NCBI GenBank assembly: GCA_040902805.1
Contig: JBBDWQ010000019.1
Location: 1 to 63,773, forward strand
Source: Acidimicrobiales bacterium
Lineage (GTDB): Bacteria > Actinomycetota > Acidimicrobiia > Acidimicrobiales > VFJN01
Direction: 5' to 3'
DNA length: 63,773 nt
Each line of letters starts with the position of its first letter. Within the stretch, counting starts at the first letter, position 1. The notes beneath the pieces are model-generated. The model made no database searches and was not told where the DNA came from. It was given only the letters and a program-made list of their open reading frames with translations. Shown here one piece after another: positions 1 through 9,012 of the stretch. The position numbers were made by a program, and so were the translations under genes.

Positions 1-65
1 CCGCGCCCGCGATGCCACAGGGCGTTACTGAGGCTGTCAGGCGGGGTCTTTCGGATGATTCTGGG

Positions 66-94
66 TTGCGGCACGAACTCCAGTTCGATACACT
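66..94 (+). promoter_or_regulatory. Sigma-A-type promoter (TTGCGG-N17-TACACT) with a LexA/SOS box in the spacer
   Basis: TTGCGG 66-71 and TACACT 89-94 with a 17-bp spacer. ACGAACTCCAGTTCGA at 73-88 matches the actinobacterial LexA consensus TCGAAC-N4-GTTCGA with one mismatch. Confidence 0.75.
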
Positions 95-171
95 GATCGA
101 AGGCGTTCGGCCTCCTCTTGGGATCGTGGGATCCCCGTTCCGCTGTCATTTCGCGTGCGAGGAGGTGCCTG

Positions 172-1371
172 ATGTCCGAGTCGACCGAGTGCTCCGCTCG
201 GGTCCTCGCCTATCGATCCTGCACGCCAGCCGAGCGGCAGATCGCGATCGAGCAGCTGACCGCGTTGGAGTGCGCGACGCGGGCTGAGCTACTCGATGTG
301 GTGATGGCTGCGGACCTCGAGGAGGACTGGCGAGCCGATGGTGCCACTGCCATGTCGGCGTCCGTCGAGGCGACCGCGCGTGTGGCGTCGGCCACGGCAA
401 AGGCGATCGTGCGGGTCGGGGCCAAGCTCGATGCTCTGCCGCATCTTCGCGAGGCGTTCGCTTCGGGGTTGCTATCGTGGGATCAGGTGGTGCCGGCATC
501 GACGTTCGTCACGCCGGACACCGATGAGGACATGGCCCAACGGTTGCAGGGCCTCTCGGCAGCGCAGATCGAGCTGCTTGCTCGTCAGCACCGGTTGCGC
601 ACCAAGCGCGAGGCCCGCCAGGCGCACGCCCGGCGGAGCTTCCGGTCCCGGCCCGATCACGAGATGGGTGGGCGTCGGTACAGCGGCTTCCTCCCCGATG
701 CTGAAGCTGCCCACGTCGATGCCGTCCTCGACCGCATCGCCGACTCCTACGGTCCCAACCCCGAGACCGGCATGTGGGATCCGCTCGACATGCGCCGGGC
801 CGACGCCCTTGGCGAGCTCGCCACCCAACGGTTGGCAGACGATGCTGATCCCGAGATCTGCATGGTCGTGGTTCACGCCGATGCCGCGGTCGTTGACGGG
901 CTGCGCGACGGGAACGGCTCCATCGATGGGATGCAGATCCCCACCGAATCCGTGCTCCGCCACCTCTGTGACGCCCGGATCGAGTACTCGGTCGACGCTC
1001 CCGATGGCACCACCGTGGGCATCGGTCGCACCAGTCGCGTCCCACCCCGTTGGCTGCGTCGGAGGATTCGTCAACGAGACGGTTGCCTGTGCCGGTTCCC
1101 CGGCTGCAATCGGCGGAGCCAACAGATCCACCACATCCGCCACTGGACTCGAGACAGCGGACCGACCGATGCCCAGAATCTGGCCGGGTTGTGTTGGCAC
1201 CACCACCGGCTCGTCCATGAAGGCGGTTGGGAGATCACCGGCAACGCCGACGACGAGCTCACCTTCACGAGCCCCTACGGCCGCGAGCTTCGCTCCAAAC
1301 CGGAGCCACTCCGAGACGCCATCCGCGTCCGCGCCGAACAGGCCATCGCGCTCCCGCTTCGCGGGGCGTAG
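172..1371 (+). CDS. DUF222 / HNH endonuclease (13E12-repeat-like family)
   Basis: SD GAGGAGG at 159-165 before ATG 172. C-terminal CRFPGC...QIHHIRHW...GPTDAQNLAGLCWHHHRLVH HNH motif, with a DUF222-like RRADAL segment upstream. Confidence 0.85.
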   Translation: MSESTECSARVLAYRSCTPAERQIAIEQLTALECATRAELLDVVMAADLEEDWRADGATAMSASVEATARVASATAKAIVRVGAKLDALPHLREAFASGLLSWDQVVPASTFVTPDTDEDMAQRLQGLSAAQIELLARQHRLRTKREARQAHARRSFRSRPDHEMGGRRYSGFLPDAEAAHVDAVLDRIADSYGPNPETGMWDPLDMRRADALGELATQRLADDADPEICMVVVHADAAVVDGLRDGNGSIDGMQIPTESVLRHLCDARIEYSVDAPDGTTVGIGRTSRVPPRWLRRRIRQRDGCLCRFPGCNRRSQQIHHIRHWTRDSGPTDAQNLAGLCWHHHRLVHEGGWEITGNADDELTFTSPYGRELRSKPEPLRDAIRVRAEQAIALPLRGA

Positions 1372-2376
1372 CTACTCGGCGATGCCGACGGGGCGTTCGT
1401 CGATGATCTGGTCGAGGTACTCGGAGAGTCCGTAGCCCGTCCGCCCGTCGTCGAGCGTCCACTCCGTCATGCCCTCGCTGATGCGGGTGACGAGCATGTC
1501 GCCGGTGTTCGGGTCGGGGCGGCGGTTGCGCAAGGGGATGAGGTTGAGCACCTTGCCGGTGACCTTCCACTCCTTGTCGCCGGAGCGCAGCGTGGCCGTG
1601 ATGCCCTGGTGGTACGTGTCCTCGCCCTGCCAGTCGGTGGCAATCTCGAACTCGCGGCACAGGTGGAGCTCGCCGTTCTCCCACACGAAGCCGCCCCGAG
1701 TGCCGTCGCCATCGCGGCGGGCGACGCGTGAGCCCATGAAGCCGAAGTCGGCGCCGAAGTTGGCGGTGAGCCAGCGGTAGTAGAAGGGCGCCTGCCAGTA
1801 GCGCGGGCCCCATGAGTGATCGCGCAGACCGAAGCCGTCGACCTCCCACTCTTCGTCGCCGACGCGGATGCTGCCCTTGCCCGCGATGAGCTGCTCGTAG
1901 TGGCCCTTGGCGAACTCCTCACCCGGCTTCTCGTGCGGTTCGTCGGGCTCGCCGCCGAACATGGCCGAGACGCCCGAGTATTCGATGCGTACCTGGCACT
2001 CGGCGTAGGGGTTGTTCGTGAACGCCGTCTTCGGGTCGGCCATCTGCAGCGGCTCGTCGAGGATCACGACCTTGCCCGAGTACGTCACGTCGAGACGCTT
2101 GAAGGGCTCGATCACATCGAAGCGGATTCCGCCCGCGTCGAAGGCGTCGTTGTTGTCGATCTCGGGGCGCTTGTACATGAAGGCGACTCGGCCGCCTGGC
2201 AGGTACAGGCACACCGTCATCTCGGCGTAGCCCTCATTGGCGCGATTGCCGCACCGGAACCAACCGCCCACTCCTTGCTTGGGGTCATAGAGGTTGAAGT
2301 ACATGGATTCGTTGAAGTTCGACTCGGGGCCGAGCTCGTGCATGTACTCGTCGATCGGTTCTAGGCGTACTCCCAT
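1372..2376 (-). CDS. Conserved actinobacterial hypothetical protein (beta-rich, AttH/tocopherol-cyclase-like)
   Basis: NFNESMYFN, GHYEQ and GLRDHSWGPRYW motifs. TAAGGT -10 lies 7 nt before ATG 2376. Confidence 0.65.
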   Translation of the reverse strand: MGVRLEPIDEYMHELGPESNFNESMYFNLYDPKQGVGGWFRCGNRANEGYAEMTVCLYLPGGRVAFMYKRPEIDNNDAFDAGGIRFDVIEPFKRLDVTYSGKVVILDEPLQMADPKTAFTNNPYAECQVRIEYSGVSAMFGGEPDEPHEKPGEEFAKGHYEQLIAGKGSIRVGDEEWEVDGFGLRDHSWGPRYWQAPFYYRWLTANFGADFGFMGSRVARRDGDGTRGGFVWENGELHLCREFEIATDWQGEDTYHQGITATLRSGDKEWKVTGKVLNLIPLRNRRPDPNTGDMLVTRISEGMTEWTLDDGRTGYGLSEYLDQIIDERPVGIAE

Positions 2377-2386
2377 GCGCGGGACC

Positions 2387-3085
2387 TTACTTGACCGGTC
2401 GGTCAAGTGTGGAGGCCGTGCGGAGGTGCTCGGCCAGGGTGTCGAGGCTCGTCGCGGCGTTCAGGCCGCTGGTGCTCGGCATGACGTACACGGGCCGATC
2501 GCCGAGGCGCTGCGGTTGCCAGCCTGCCGTCGCCCGGCGGTCGGCCGCGGCGCGCCAACCGGCCAGACCCACCATGCAGACCGCACCCGGCTGCAGCCAA
2601 GCGCAGAGCCGGTCGAGACGGGCCAGGCCGTCGCGGTACTCGGCTCGCGTGATGGCGTCAGCCCGAGGGGTCGCGCGCTTCACGAGGTCGGTCATGCCGA
2701 TGTCATGGCCGAGGAGCGCGTGGCGGGTGTCCCGATCTCGAGACACGAGTCCAGCCGCGAGGACAGCAGGCCAGAAGCGGTTGCCTGGGGTGACGAAACC
2801 GACCCCTGCATCAGCTGCTCGCAGGCTGGGGTTCAGACCGCAGACCAGCAACCGCATGCCAGCGCGAACCGTGTCCGGGAGGGTTCGGAGGCGACAGACT
2901 CGCAGGTCCGGCTCGTCGGCCTCGCGGGCGAACCCGGCACCGACCACGATGTCGGCGATGCGTGCACGGTCGCCCTGAGTGCGGAGCTCGAGTGACGCGT
3001 CGACGGGCAAGGTCCTATGGAGGTCGGCCAGCGCGATCGGTAGATCGGTCGCTGCGACCTGTGTGAAGTCGTGGTGCTCCTCCAC
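2387..3085 (-). CDS. mug: Mismatch-specific uracil-DNA glycosylase (Mug/TDG family) with N-terminal extension
   Basis: GLNPS, GNRFW, GMTDLVKRAT and MPSTSGLNA motifs of family-2 UDG. Confidence 0.85.
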   Translation of the reverse strand: MEEHHDFTQVAATDLPIALADLHRTLPVDASLELRTQGDRARIADIVVGAGFAREADEPDLRVCRLRTLPDTVRAGMRLLVCGLNPSLRAADAGVGFVTPGNRFWPAVLAAGLVSRDRDTRHALLGHDIGMTDLVKRATPRADAITRAEYRDGLARLDRLCAWLQPGAVCMVGLAGWRAAADRRATAGWQPQRLGDRPVYVMPSTSGLNAATSLDTLAEHLRTASTLDRPVK

Positions 3086-3090
3086 GGCGG

Positions 3091-3384
3091 CTACAAGAGG
3101 CCGAGCTGCTCGTCGCGATTGGCCCGCTCGCTTACTGGCTCCCAGATGGCGCCGCCGCGCTTGCCGATGCCCCGGACCTGCAGACGATCGATCGTGATGG
3201 CGCGAGCGGCGCCGCGCTGGTCGCGCACGCCGATCGAACCGTCTCGTTCACGCCGCTCCACGGTGCCCTCCTTCCACGAACCGCCGTCGCGCTGGCGGAA
3301 CCGCACCCGGTCTCCAGGTCGGAGTCCGACCTCGACCAGAGCGGACTCTGCGAGTGCGGCGGGGGCCGGCTTCTCCGGTATCAC
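3091..3384 (-). CDS. Small hypothetical protein, SH3/Tudor-like beta-barrel, C-terminal QLGLL
   Basis: GTG start overlaps the upstream SDR stop (GTGA). LRPGDRVRF...WKEGTV...DGSIGV pattern. Confidence 0.7.
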   Translation of the reverse strand: MIPEKPAPAALAESALVEVGLRPGDRVRFRQRDGGSWKEGTVERRERDGSIGVRDQRGAARAITIDRLQVRGIGKRGGAIWEPVSERANRDEQLGLL

Positions 3385-4172
3385 GCCAGGCTGTCTCGAA
3401 CGCGGCGCTGGAGCTTGCGCATCCCGCTGAGCCAGCGGTCGGGGTCGGCTGCCTTGCGCTGCACGAACTCGTGCACCTCAGGGTGGGGGAGGATCAGGAA
3501 CTGCTCGGCGGTCAGACCAGCGATGACGGCCTCGGCCACCGCTTCGGGCTCGATGAGGCCCTGAGCGATCACCACACCACCCGAAGCGCCTGAGGCGGCC
3601 TGGCGCACCATGTTGGTGTTCACGCCCTGTGGGCACAGGCACGACACCTTGATGCCATCGTCGCCGTAGGTGATCGCGAGCCACTCTGCGAAGGCAAGTG
3701 CCGCAGCCTTGGTGACGCTGTAGGGCGCATCGCCGATCTGCGCGAGGAGGCCAGCCGCTGAGGCGGTGTTGAGGATGTAGCCCTGGCCCCGCGCGACCAT
3801 CCCGGGGATCACGGCCCGCGCCGCGAACACGTGGGCCATCACGTTGACGTCCCAGATCTGCTGCCACGCCTCCGTCGGTGCGTCGATACCTTGCATCGTC
3901 CCGATACCGGCGTTGCTCACCATCAGGTCGATTGGCCCGATGCGCGATTCGATCGTTCGCACTGCCGCGATGAGCGCCGCCTCGTTGCCGACGTCGGCGC
4001 CAAGTCCGATCGCGATGGGACCGAGCTCGCCTGCCACCTCGATCGCTGCGCTGGCATCGAGGTCGATCACCGCCACGCCGCGGGCACCCTCGGCAATGAA
4101 CCGCTCGCACAGCGCCCGCCCGATGCCACCGGCTCCGCCAGTGACAAACGCAACCTTGTCCGTCAGTTCCAT
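3381..4172 (-). CDS. Short-chain dehydrogenase/reductase
   Basis: [12 protein letters not shown] and YSVTK motifs. Start set at MELTDK. Confidence 0.9.
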   Translation of the reverse strand: MELTDKVAFVTGGAGGIGRALCERFIAEGARGVAVIDLDASAAIEVAGELGPIAIGLGADVGNEAALIAAVRTIESRIGPIDLMVSNAGIGTMQGIDAPTEAWQQIWDVNVMAHVFAARAVIPGMVARGQGYILNTASAAGLLAQIGDAPYSVTKAAALAFAEWLAITYGDDGIKVSCLCPQGVNTNMVRQAASGASGGVVIAQGLIEPEAVAEAVIAGLTAEQFLILPHPEVHEFVQRKAADPDRWLSGMRKLQRRVRDSLA

Positions 4173-4173
4173 G

Positions 4174-5160
4174 TCAGGCTTTGCCGACCGCGGCTCGGAT
4201 GGCGAGGTCGGCGGACGCCCAGCGGTCGGCTCCCCACGGCAGCGGCATGAGGACAGGCACGTCGACGCCGGCGTCGACATACGCCTGCATCGTGGCGTGC
4301 ACGGTGTCGGCATCGCCCATCACATCGATCGCGTCGACCATGCGGTCCGACACCGCTGCCAGCGCTGCCGCTCGATCGCCCGCTGCATGGGCCTCACGAA
4401 CCGCAGTCACCTCCTCGGTGAACCCCGCCCGCTCGAAGTTGCGGGCGTACGAGTCGACCACCGCGTACGAGAACAGGTCGCGTCGGGCGAGCTCGATGCC
4501 CTCCTCGCGCTCGCAGATCCCAGCGTGCACGTAGGCATAGATCGCCGCATCGCCCCCCGTGCGCACCTGCTCCACCGACCATGGCACGTGGGAGGCCGGG
4601 AGGTAGTTGAGGAGCACGCCGTCAGCCAGCTCGCCGGCCATGGCGAGCATCTTCGGGTTGAGCGCACCGACGACGATCTTCGGCGTGCGCTCGCCCTGCT
4701 TGATACCGAGGCGGAATCCCTTCACCTCGTAGTGATCACCCAAGAAGTCGACCTTCTCGCCCGACAGGCAGGCCCGCAGCAACGTGACGTACTCGCGGGT
4801 CTGACCGAGCGGCCGATCGCTATAGGGCATCCCGTGCCAGCGCGTGGCGACAACCGGCGACGAGATGCCCACGCCCAAGAAGATCTCGCGGTCAGGGTGC
4901 AGCGCCTGGAGTGTCGCCCCCGCCATCGCGACGACCATCGGCGACCGGAGCTGAAGCGCCAGCACTCCAGTTCCCAGAGCGAGCGACGGCGCGGCCGCGC
5001 CAGCCGCGGCGAGCAAGGAGAACGCCTCTGGCCCGGTGGTCTCAGCCGTCCAGTACGAGGTGTAGCCGACGTCTTCTGCCAACCGAGCCGTCTGCACGGC
5101 GACCTGGGGTCCAAGGCCCATGAGGCTGGCGAAGGTCACCCCCGCTCGTTCCATTCCCAT
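4174..5160 (-). CDS. LLM-class (probably F420-dependent) oxidoreductase
   Basis: [18 protein letters not shown] and [17 protein letters not shown] motifs. Confidence 0.85.
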   Translation of the reverse strand: MGMERAGVTFASLMGLGPQVAVQTARLAEDVGYTSYWTAETTGPEAFSLLAAAGAAAPSLALGTGVLALQLRSPMVVAMAGATLQALHPDREIFLGVGISSPVVATRWHGMPYSDRPLGQTREYVTLLRACLSGEKVDFLGDHYEVKGFRLGIKQGERTPKIVVGALNPKMLAMAGELADGVLLNYLPASHVPWSVEQVRTGGDAAIYAYVHAGICEREEGIELARRDLFSYAVVDSYARNFERAGFTEEVTAVREAHAAGDRAAALAAVSDRMVDAIDVMGDADTVHATMQAYVDAGVDVPVLMPLPWGADRWASADLAIRAAVGKA

Positions 5161-5181
5161 CGCGGCGACCCTACCCGGCGC

Positions 5182-6618
5182 TCAGAAGCTGCCGGATCGC
5201 TCCAAGCGGTACGGCGCCGCGGCGCGGTCGGAGCCGATCGGTGATACCTGGGCGGTGAGTTCTCGCGCGTCGGAGCCGAGGCATTCCCGCTCGCGCAAGC
5301 GCACAGAGGCGGGCACCCCATCGGCGCTCGTCGTCTGCCCCAATACCTCCTCGCCGTCGAGCACTTCGAGCCGCAGCGTCATCCCGGCCGGCGCGGTCAA
5401 GGTGACGGTGAACTGACCGTCGCAAAGCAGCTGGTAGCCGTCGCCGACCGCCATGGCGAACGTGTCGACGTCATCACGAGGGACGATCGTGCCCCGTATC
5501 GGCTCGGCGCCCTCCGGGAACGGGGTGTTGTCTGCGAGCCCGTCTCCGGTCGCCTCGCACCCGTTGGTCGCGTCCTCGTCGTAGTCAGCGAAGTCAGGCA
5601 GGCAGTGGGTGCCGTCGGTGCCCGCGGCGGGCTGGGATGCGCCGCAGGGCTGGTATGGCAGCGCCGCACAGGCGGTGGTGGCGGGCCGGTCGGTGGTGGT
5701 CGTGAGCGCCACCGGATCGGCAGTCTCCTGCGACGCAACGAGGACCCCAGCGAGCATGGCCACCGTGCTGAGGATGGCAACACCCACCCACACAGGCCAG
5801 CGGCGCCGGAGCTGTCGTGCCACCGCACTGAGCACTGCCGTCCCGTCGGTGCCGCCAGCGAGGGCCGCCGCCGACGGGCGTCGGTCTGGTCGCGGGTCGA
5901 GCATCGAGTCGAGCGACCTGCGCAGCCCGGCGGGCAAGGACCGAGGGACCGGTTCGACCTTGCCCTGGGCTGCTCGGACCATGAGCAGGTCTGGTGCACC
6001 GCGGCCATACGGCCCGTTCCCCGTGGCCGCGAACAGCAACGTGGCGCCCAGGGCAAAGACGTCGGCTGCCTGGCCGGCTTCGTCACCTCGAGCTTGCTCG
6101 GGAGCCATGAACCCGGGCGTCCCGACCACCGTGCCCAGCGCGGTCAACCCAACGGTGTGGTCCCGGGAGCTGGCGACCCCGAAGTCGGCCAGGTGCGGGG
6201 CCTCGTCGCCGTCGTACAGGACGTTGGCGGGCTTCACATCGCGGTGGACGATTTCAGCCCGATGCGCGGCCGCCAGCGCGCCGCTGAGCGCAGCGGCCAG
6301 GGCCTCGACCTGATCGGGTGGGAGAGGTCCGCCGCGAGCGACGCGATCGGCGAGCGTGCCGCCGGTGAGGTAAGGCATGACGAGGGTGACTTCGTCGTCT
6401 TCCTCGAGGACCGCTAGCAGGGGCACGATGTTGGGATGCTCGAGGTTGCTGAGAACCTCGACCTCCCTCTCGATCCGCTGCCGGGCCCGAGCGATGTCAT
6501 CTGCTGACCCATGGAGGGTGAGCCGCTTGAGGGCGACCTCGGTCCCGTCAGGGGCCAACGCGAGGTCGACGACGCCCATCCCGCCGCGTCCGAGCCGCGA
6601 GACCCGCTGGTACCCCAT
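5182..6618 (-). CDS. Membrane Ser/Thr protein kinase with Cys-rich extracellular domain
   Basis: GRGGMG, ALK, HRDVKPAN, DFG and GTPGFMAPE motifs, one TM segment (WPVWVGVAILSTVAMLAGVLVA), Cys-rich C-terminus. Confidence 0.9.
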   Translation of the reverse strand: MGYQRVSRLGRGGMGVVDLALAPDGTEVALKRLTLHGSADDIARARQRIEREVEVLSNLEHPNIVPLLAVLEEDDEVTLVMPYLTGGTLADRVARGGPLPPDQVEALAAALSGALAAAHRAEIVHRDVKPANVLYDGDEAPHLADFGVASSRDHTVGLTALGTVVGTPGFMAPEQARGDEAGQAADVFALGATLLFAATGNGPYGRGAPDLLMVRAAQGKVEPVPRSLPAGLRRSLDSMLDPRPDRRPSAAALAGGTDGTAVLSAVARQLRRRWPVWVGVAILSTVAMLAGVLVASQETADPVALTTTTDRPATTACAALPYQPCGASQPAAGTDGTHCLPDFADYDEDATNGCEATGDGLADNTPFPEGAEPIRGTIVPRDDVDTFAMAVGDGYQLLCDGQFTVTLTAPAGMTLRLEVLDGEEVLGQTTSADGVPASVRLRERECLGSDARELTAQVSPIGSDRAAAPYRLERSGSF

Positions 6619-6673
6619 GGCTTCAGGCTAGAGGCGGCGACCGCAGGTCCCGAATCCGGCCATGTCGTCTCCT

Positions 6674-6695
6674 TGTCACACCGGAGGGGTATCGT
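6674..6695 (+). promoter_or_regulatory. PafBC/RecA-NDp-type promoter TGTCAC-N10-TATCGT
   Basis: TGTCAC 6674-6679, 10-nt spacer, TATCGT 6690-6695, ATG 7 nt downstream. Confidence 0.65.
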
Positions 6696-6702
6696 GCAGG
6701 CA

Positions 6703-6930
6703 ATGACTGAGACTGAGGACGTCATCACGCAGGCGGGCCACGCGGACAGCAAGGTGATCGATGAGGCCGTGATCGACGAGGCACTTCGCCTCATCGACGG
6801 TGGGCTCGCCGACCTGCTGCACCGGGAACTTGTGTCGACGGACGAGATCTCCGATCTGCTCCTCGATGTGCGCATGCTGCTCACGGCCGCCGAGATGGCC
6901 GCTGCAGTGCCCCCGCTCGTCGAGGCCTAG
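6703..6930 (+). CDS. Small acidic helical hypothetical protein (75 aa)
   Basis: Fills the gap between the kinase and WS/DGAT genes, with a leaderless promoter 7 nt upstream. Amphipathic pattern IDEALRLIDGGLADLLHRELVSTDEISDLLLDVRMLL. Confidence 0.75.
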   Translation: MTETEDVITQAGHADSKVIDEAVIDEALRLIDGGLADLLHRELVSTDEISDLLLDVRMLLTAAEMAAAVPPLVEA

Positions 6931-8324
6931 GCCAGAGCCAGAAGAGCGGCGAACTCCGCCTCCACGGCGGCGCGGAGACCTGCCGGGTCGATGACCGCGC
7001 CCAGGTCCGCATTGAGCCCCATGTCGAGTGACCCGTTGTAGGACATCAGGGTCAGGTTCCAGGCCGTACCGCCGGTGGGTCCGATCGGGTAGTTGGCTTC
7101 AATGAGCGCGCCGGAGATGAACAGCGGAAACGGTGCACCTCGCACGTTGGAGATGGCGAAGTCCACGGTCTCGACCTGCTGGCGTGCCATCCGCACGGAT
7201 AGAGATGTTGGCAACAGGTTGGCGAAGCCGGCCACTGCGCCGACTGCGCCGAGCGCCTTTTCGGCCTTCACGGGCGCGAGCCGGCTCTGAATGGCGGCAA
7301 ATCGCTCGCCCGGGTCCACGATGCCCGCAGGGATGAGGACCCGGGTGGGGGTGAACGAGTTGCCGCCGGCTGACCCGTCGTGACGGGTGCTGACTGGCAT
7401 CGAGATGCGGAGCTCGTCGATCGATAGGCCGGCGGCACGGTGCACGGTGGCTGCTCCACCGGCTGCCGCAGTGACGAACAGGTCGTTGAGGCTGCCGCCG
7501 AGCGCCTTGGCCGCGGCTCGAGCATCCTCGAACGGAACTCGGAAGACCTCGAGGTGCCGTCGAAGTGATCGGTCGGTCCACATGGGTGAGCGGGCCGGGT
7601 CGGTCACCATGAGCTGACGGACCGCTGATTGGGCGAGCTCCACGCCCTCGCTGCCCAGGCCGATCATCCGGGAGGGGTGCTGGAGGATCTCGACGGCGCC
7701 CTCCACTCCGCGCCGGGCGACACCCAGGCCGCGCCGGAGGTTGTGGGTGAGCGTTTCCACGGTGGTTTCGAGAAGGTTGGCGTCGACGCTGGCGGGCGGA
7801 GGCCGTGGAGCGGCGATCGGTTGGGTGGCGTCGCGCGACAAGTCGATGAACTGCTCGGACATGCGGATGCCGCCCTCGCCGTCGGTGATGGCGTGGTGGA
7901 GCTTCTGGATCATCGCTGCCCGACCCCCCACGAGCCCTTCGACGATGACGAATTCCCACAGCGGCCTCGTGCGATCGAACGGGCGGTTGATGATCGACGC
8001 CGCCACGTCGAGGAGCTGACGCATCGAACCCGGGCCGGGGAGCGCGATCGTCTGCAGGTGGTAGTCGAGGTCGAACTCGGGGTCGTCGCGCCACTCCGGT
8101 GGGGCGAGGCGTCCGAGTGCCGGGACCACTCGCTGGTGCAGTCGGGGGATCATGACGATGGCGTGATCGAGACGGGATCGAAGGCGCGCCATGTCCGGGA
8201 ACGTGTCCAGCACGGTGATGTTCGCGATCGACGCGCTGAGATGCGGATCCTTCTCGAGGTTCCACATGAGCGCCTCGACGTCGGTCATTCGACGATCAGC
8301 ACGAATCTCGCGGGCGCCGCTCAT
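6927..8324 (-). CDS. Wax ester synthase / diacylglycerol acyltransferase (WS/DGAT)
   Basis: HHAITDG catalytic motif, FDRTRPLWE and SNVRG. Confidence 0.9.
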   Translation of the reverse strand: MSGAREIRADRRMTDVEALMWNLEKDPHLSASIANITVLDTFPDMARLRSRLDHAIVMIPRLHQRVVPALGRLAPPEWRDDPEFDLDYHLQTIALPGPGSMRQLLDVAASIINRPFDRTRPLWEFVIVEGLVGGRAAMIQKLHHAITDGEGGIRMSEQFIDLSRDATQPIAAPRPPPASVDANLLETTVETLTHNLRRGLGVARRGVEGAVEILQHPSRMIGLGSEGVELAQSAVRQLMVTDPARSPMWTDRSLRRHLEVFRVPFEDARAAAKALGGSLNDLFVTAAAGGAATVHRAAGLSIDELRISMPVSTRHDGSAGGNSFTPTRVLIPAGIVDPGERFAAIQSRLAPVKAEKALGAVGAVAGFANLLPTSLSVRMARQQVETVDFAISNVRGAPFPLFISGALIEANYPIGPTGGTAWNLTLMSYNGSLDMGLNADLGAVIDPAGLRAAVEAEFAALLALA

Positions 8325-8358
8325 GGTCGAACGCTAGTGCCGACTTAGCGTCGTGTCC

Positions 8359-9012
8359 TCAGCGGGGCACTGACGTGTGCTTGAACTCGTTCAGCTCGGT
8401 CCACGACAGAAGCTCGACGACGCGCTCGATCGAACCGATGGCATGGGCAGTATCACCCTGTGGGCGATCCATCAGCCGCACGAAGGCGGCTCGATCACCG
8501 ACCATGAAGGTGGGAACGCCCCAGACGCGGTGATCCTTGACCGCTTGTTCGTGCTCCTGCTGCACGGTGATGATCGCGTCGTTGGCATCGATCGCAGCGA
8601 AGACGGCGTTGGCATCGACGCCCTGCACGTCGAGCACTCCCCGGACAGCAGCCTCGTCCCGGAGGTGGCCCGCGTGATCGTGGCGCAGAGCGAACAGGGC
8701 CTCGTGGACATCGAGGAACTGATCGGGGTACCGGTCGCGGACGACAGTGCCTGCCTGCAGAGCGAGGAGCCCTGTGTCATCACGCCAGTGATCCCAGATG
8801 TCGGGTTCGCCTTCGGGGACGTGGACCTGACCAAGCGAGAACGGCACAAAGGTGACATGCCAGTCAGCGCCGCCGCGCAGCCCGGCCACGAGGTGCTCAT
8901 GGGTGTTGCGTGCAAACGGGCAGCGGTAGTCCCAGGTCACGGCGAACGACAGCGGCGAGTCAGTCACATCTTGGCCCAACGGTGCCACGGCGTGAGGTAT
9001 TCCTTCCGTCAT
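8359..9012 (-). CDS. DsbA/thioredoxin-fold protein (CPFA motif)
   Basis: WDYRCPFA and VWGVPTF cis-Pro loop. ATG overlaps the PAP2 stop (ATGA). Confidence 0.8.
   Translation of the reverse strand: MTEGIPHAVAPLGQDVTDSPLSFAVTWDYRCPFARNTHEHLVAGLRGGADWHVTFVPFSLGQVHVPEGEPDIWDHWRDDTGLLALQAGTVVRDRYPDQFLDVHEALFALRHDHAGHLRDEAAVRGVLDVQGVDANAVFAAIDANDAIITVQQEHEQAVKDHRVWGVPTFMVGDRAAFVRLMDRPQGDTAHAIGSIERVVELLSWTELNEFKHTSVPR

Noticed and set aside
35-56. TGTCAG-N10-TCGGAT as a PafBC-type promoter for the HNH gene
   Set aside because: The -10 element lacks the conserved A at position 2, and a better sigma-A promoter lies downstream.
97-110. Second LexA-like palindrome TCGAAGGCGTTCGG
   Set aside because: The spacer is 2 nt shorter than the GAAC-N4-GTTC consensus.
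3844-5244. Many long overlapping alternative-frame ORFs (e.g. 3844-5244, 27472-28887, 56536-58104)
   Set aside because: Typical high-GC shadow ORFs antisense to well-supported genes, with no recognisable motifs.
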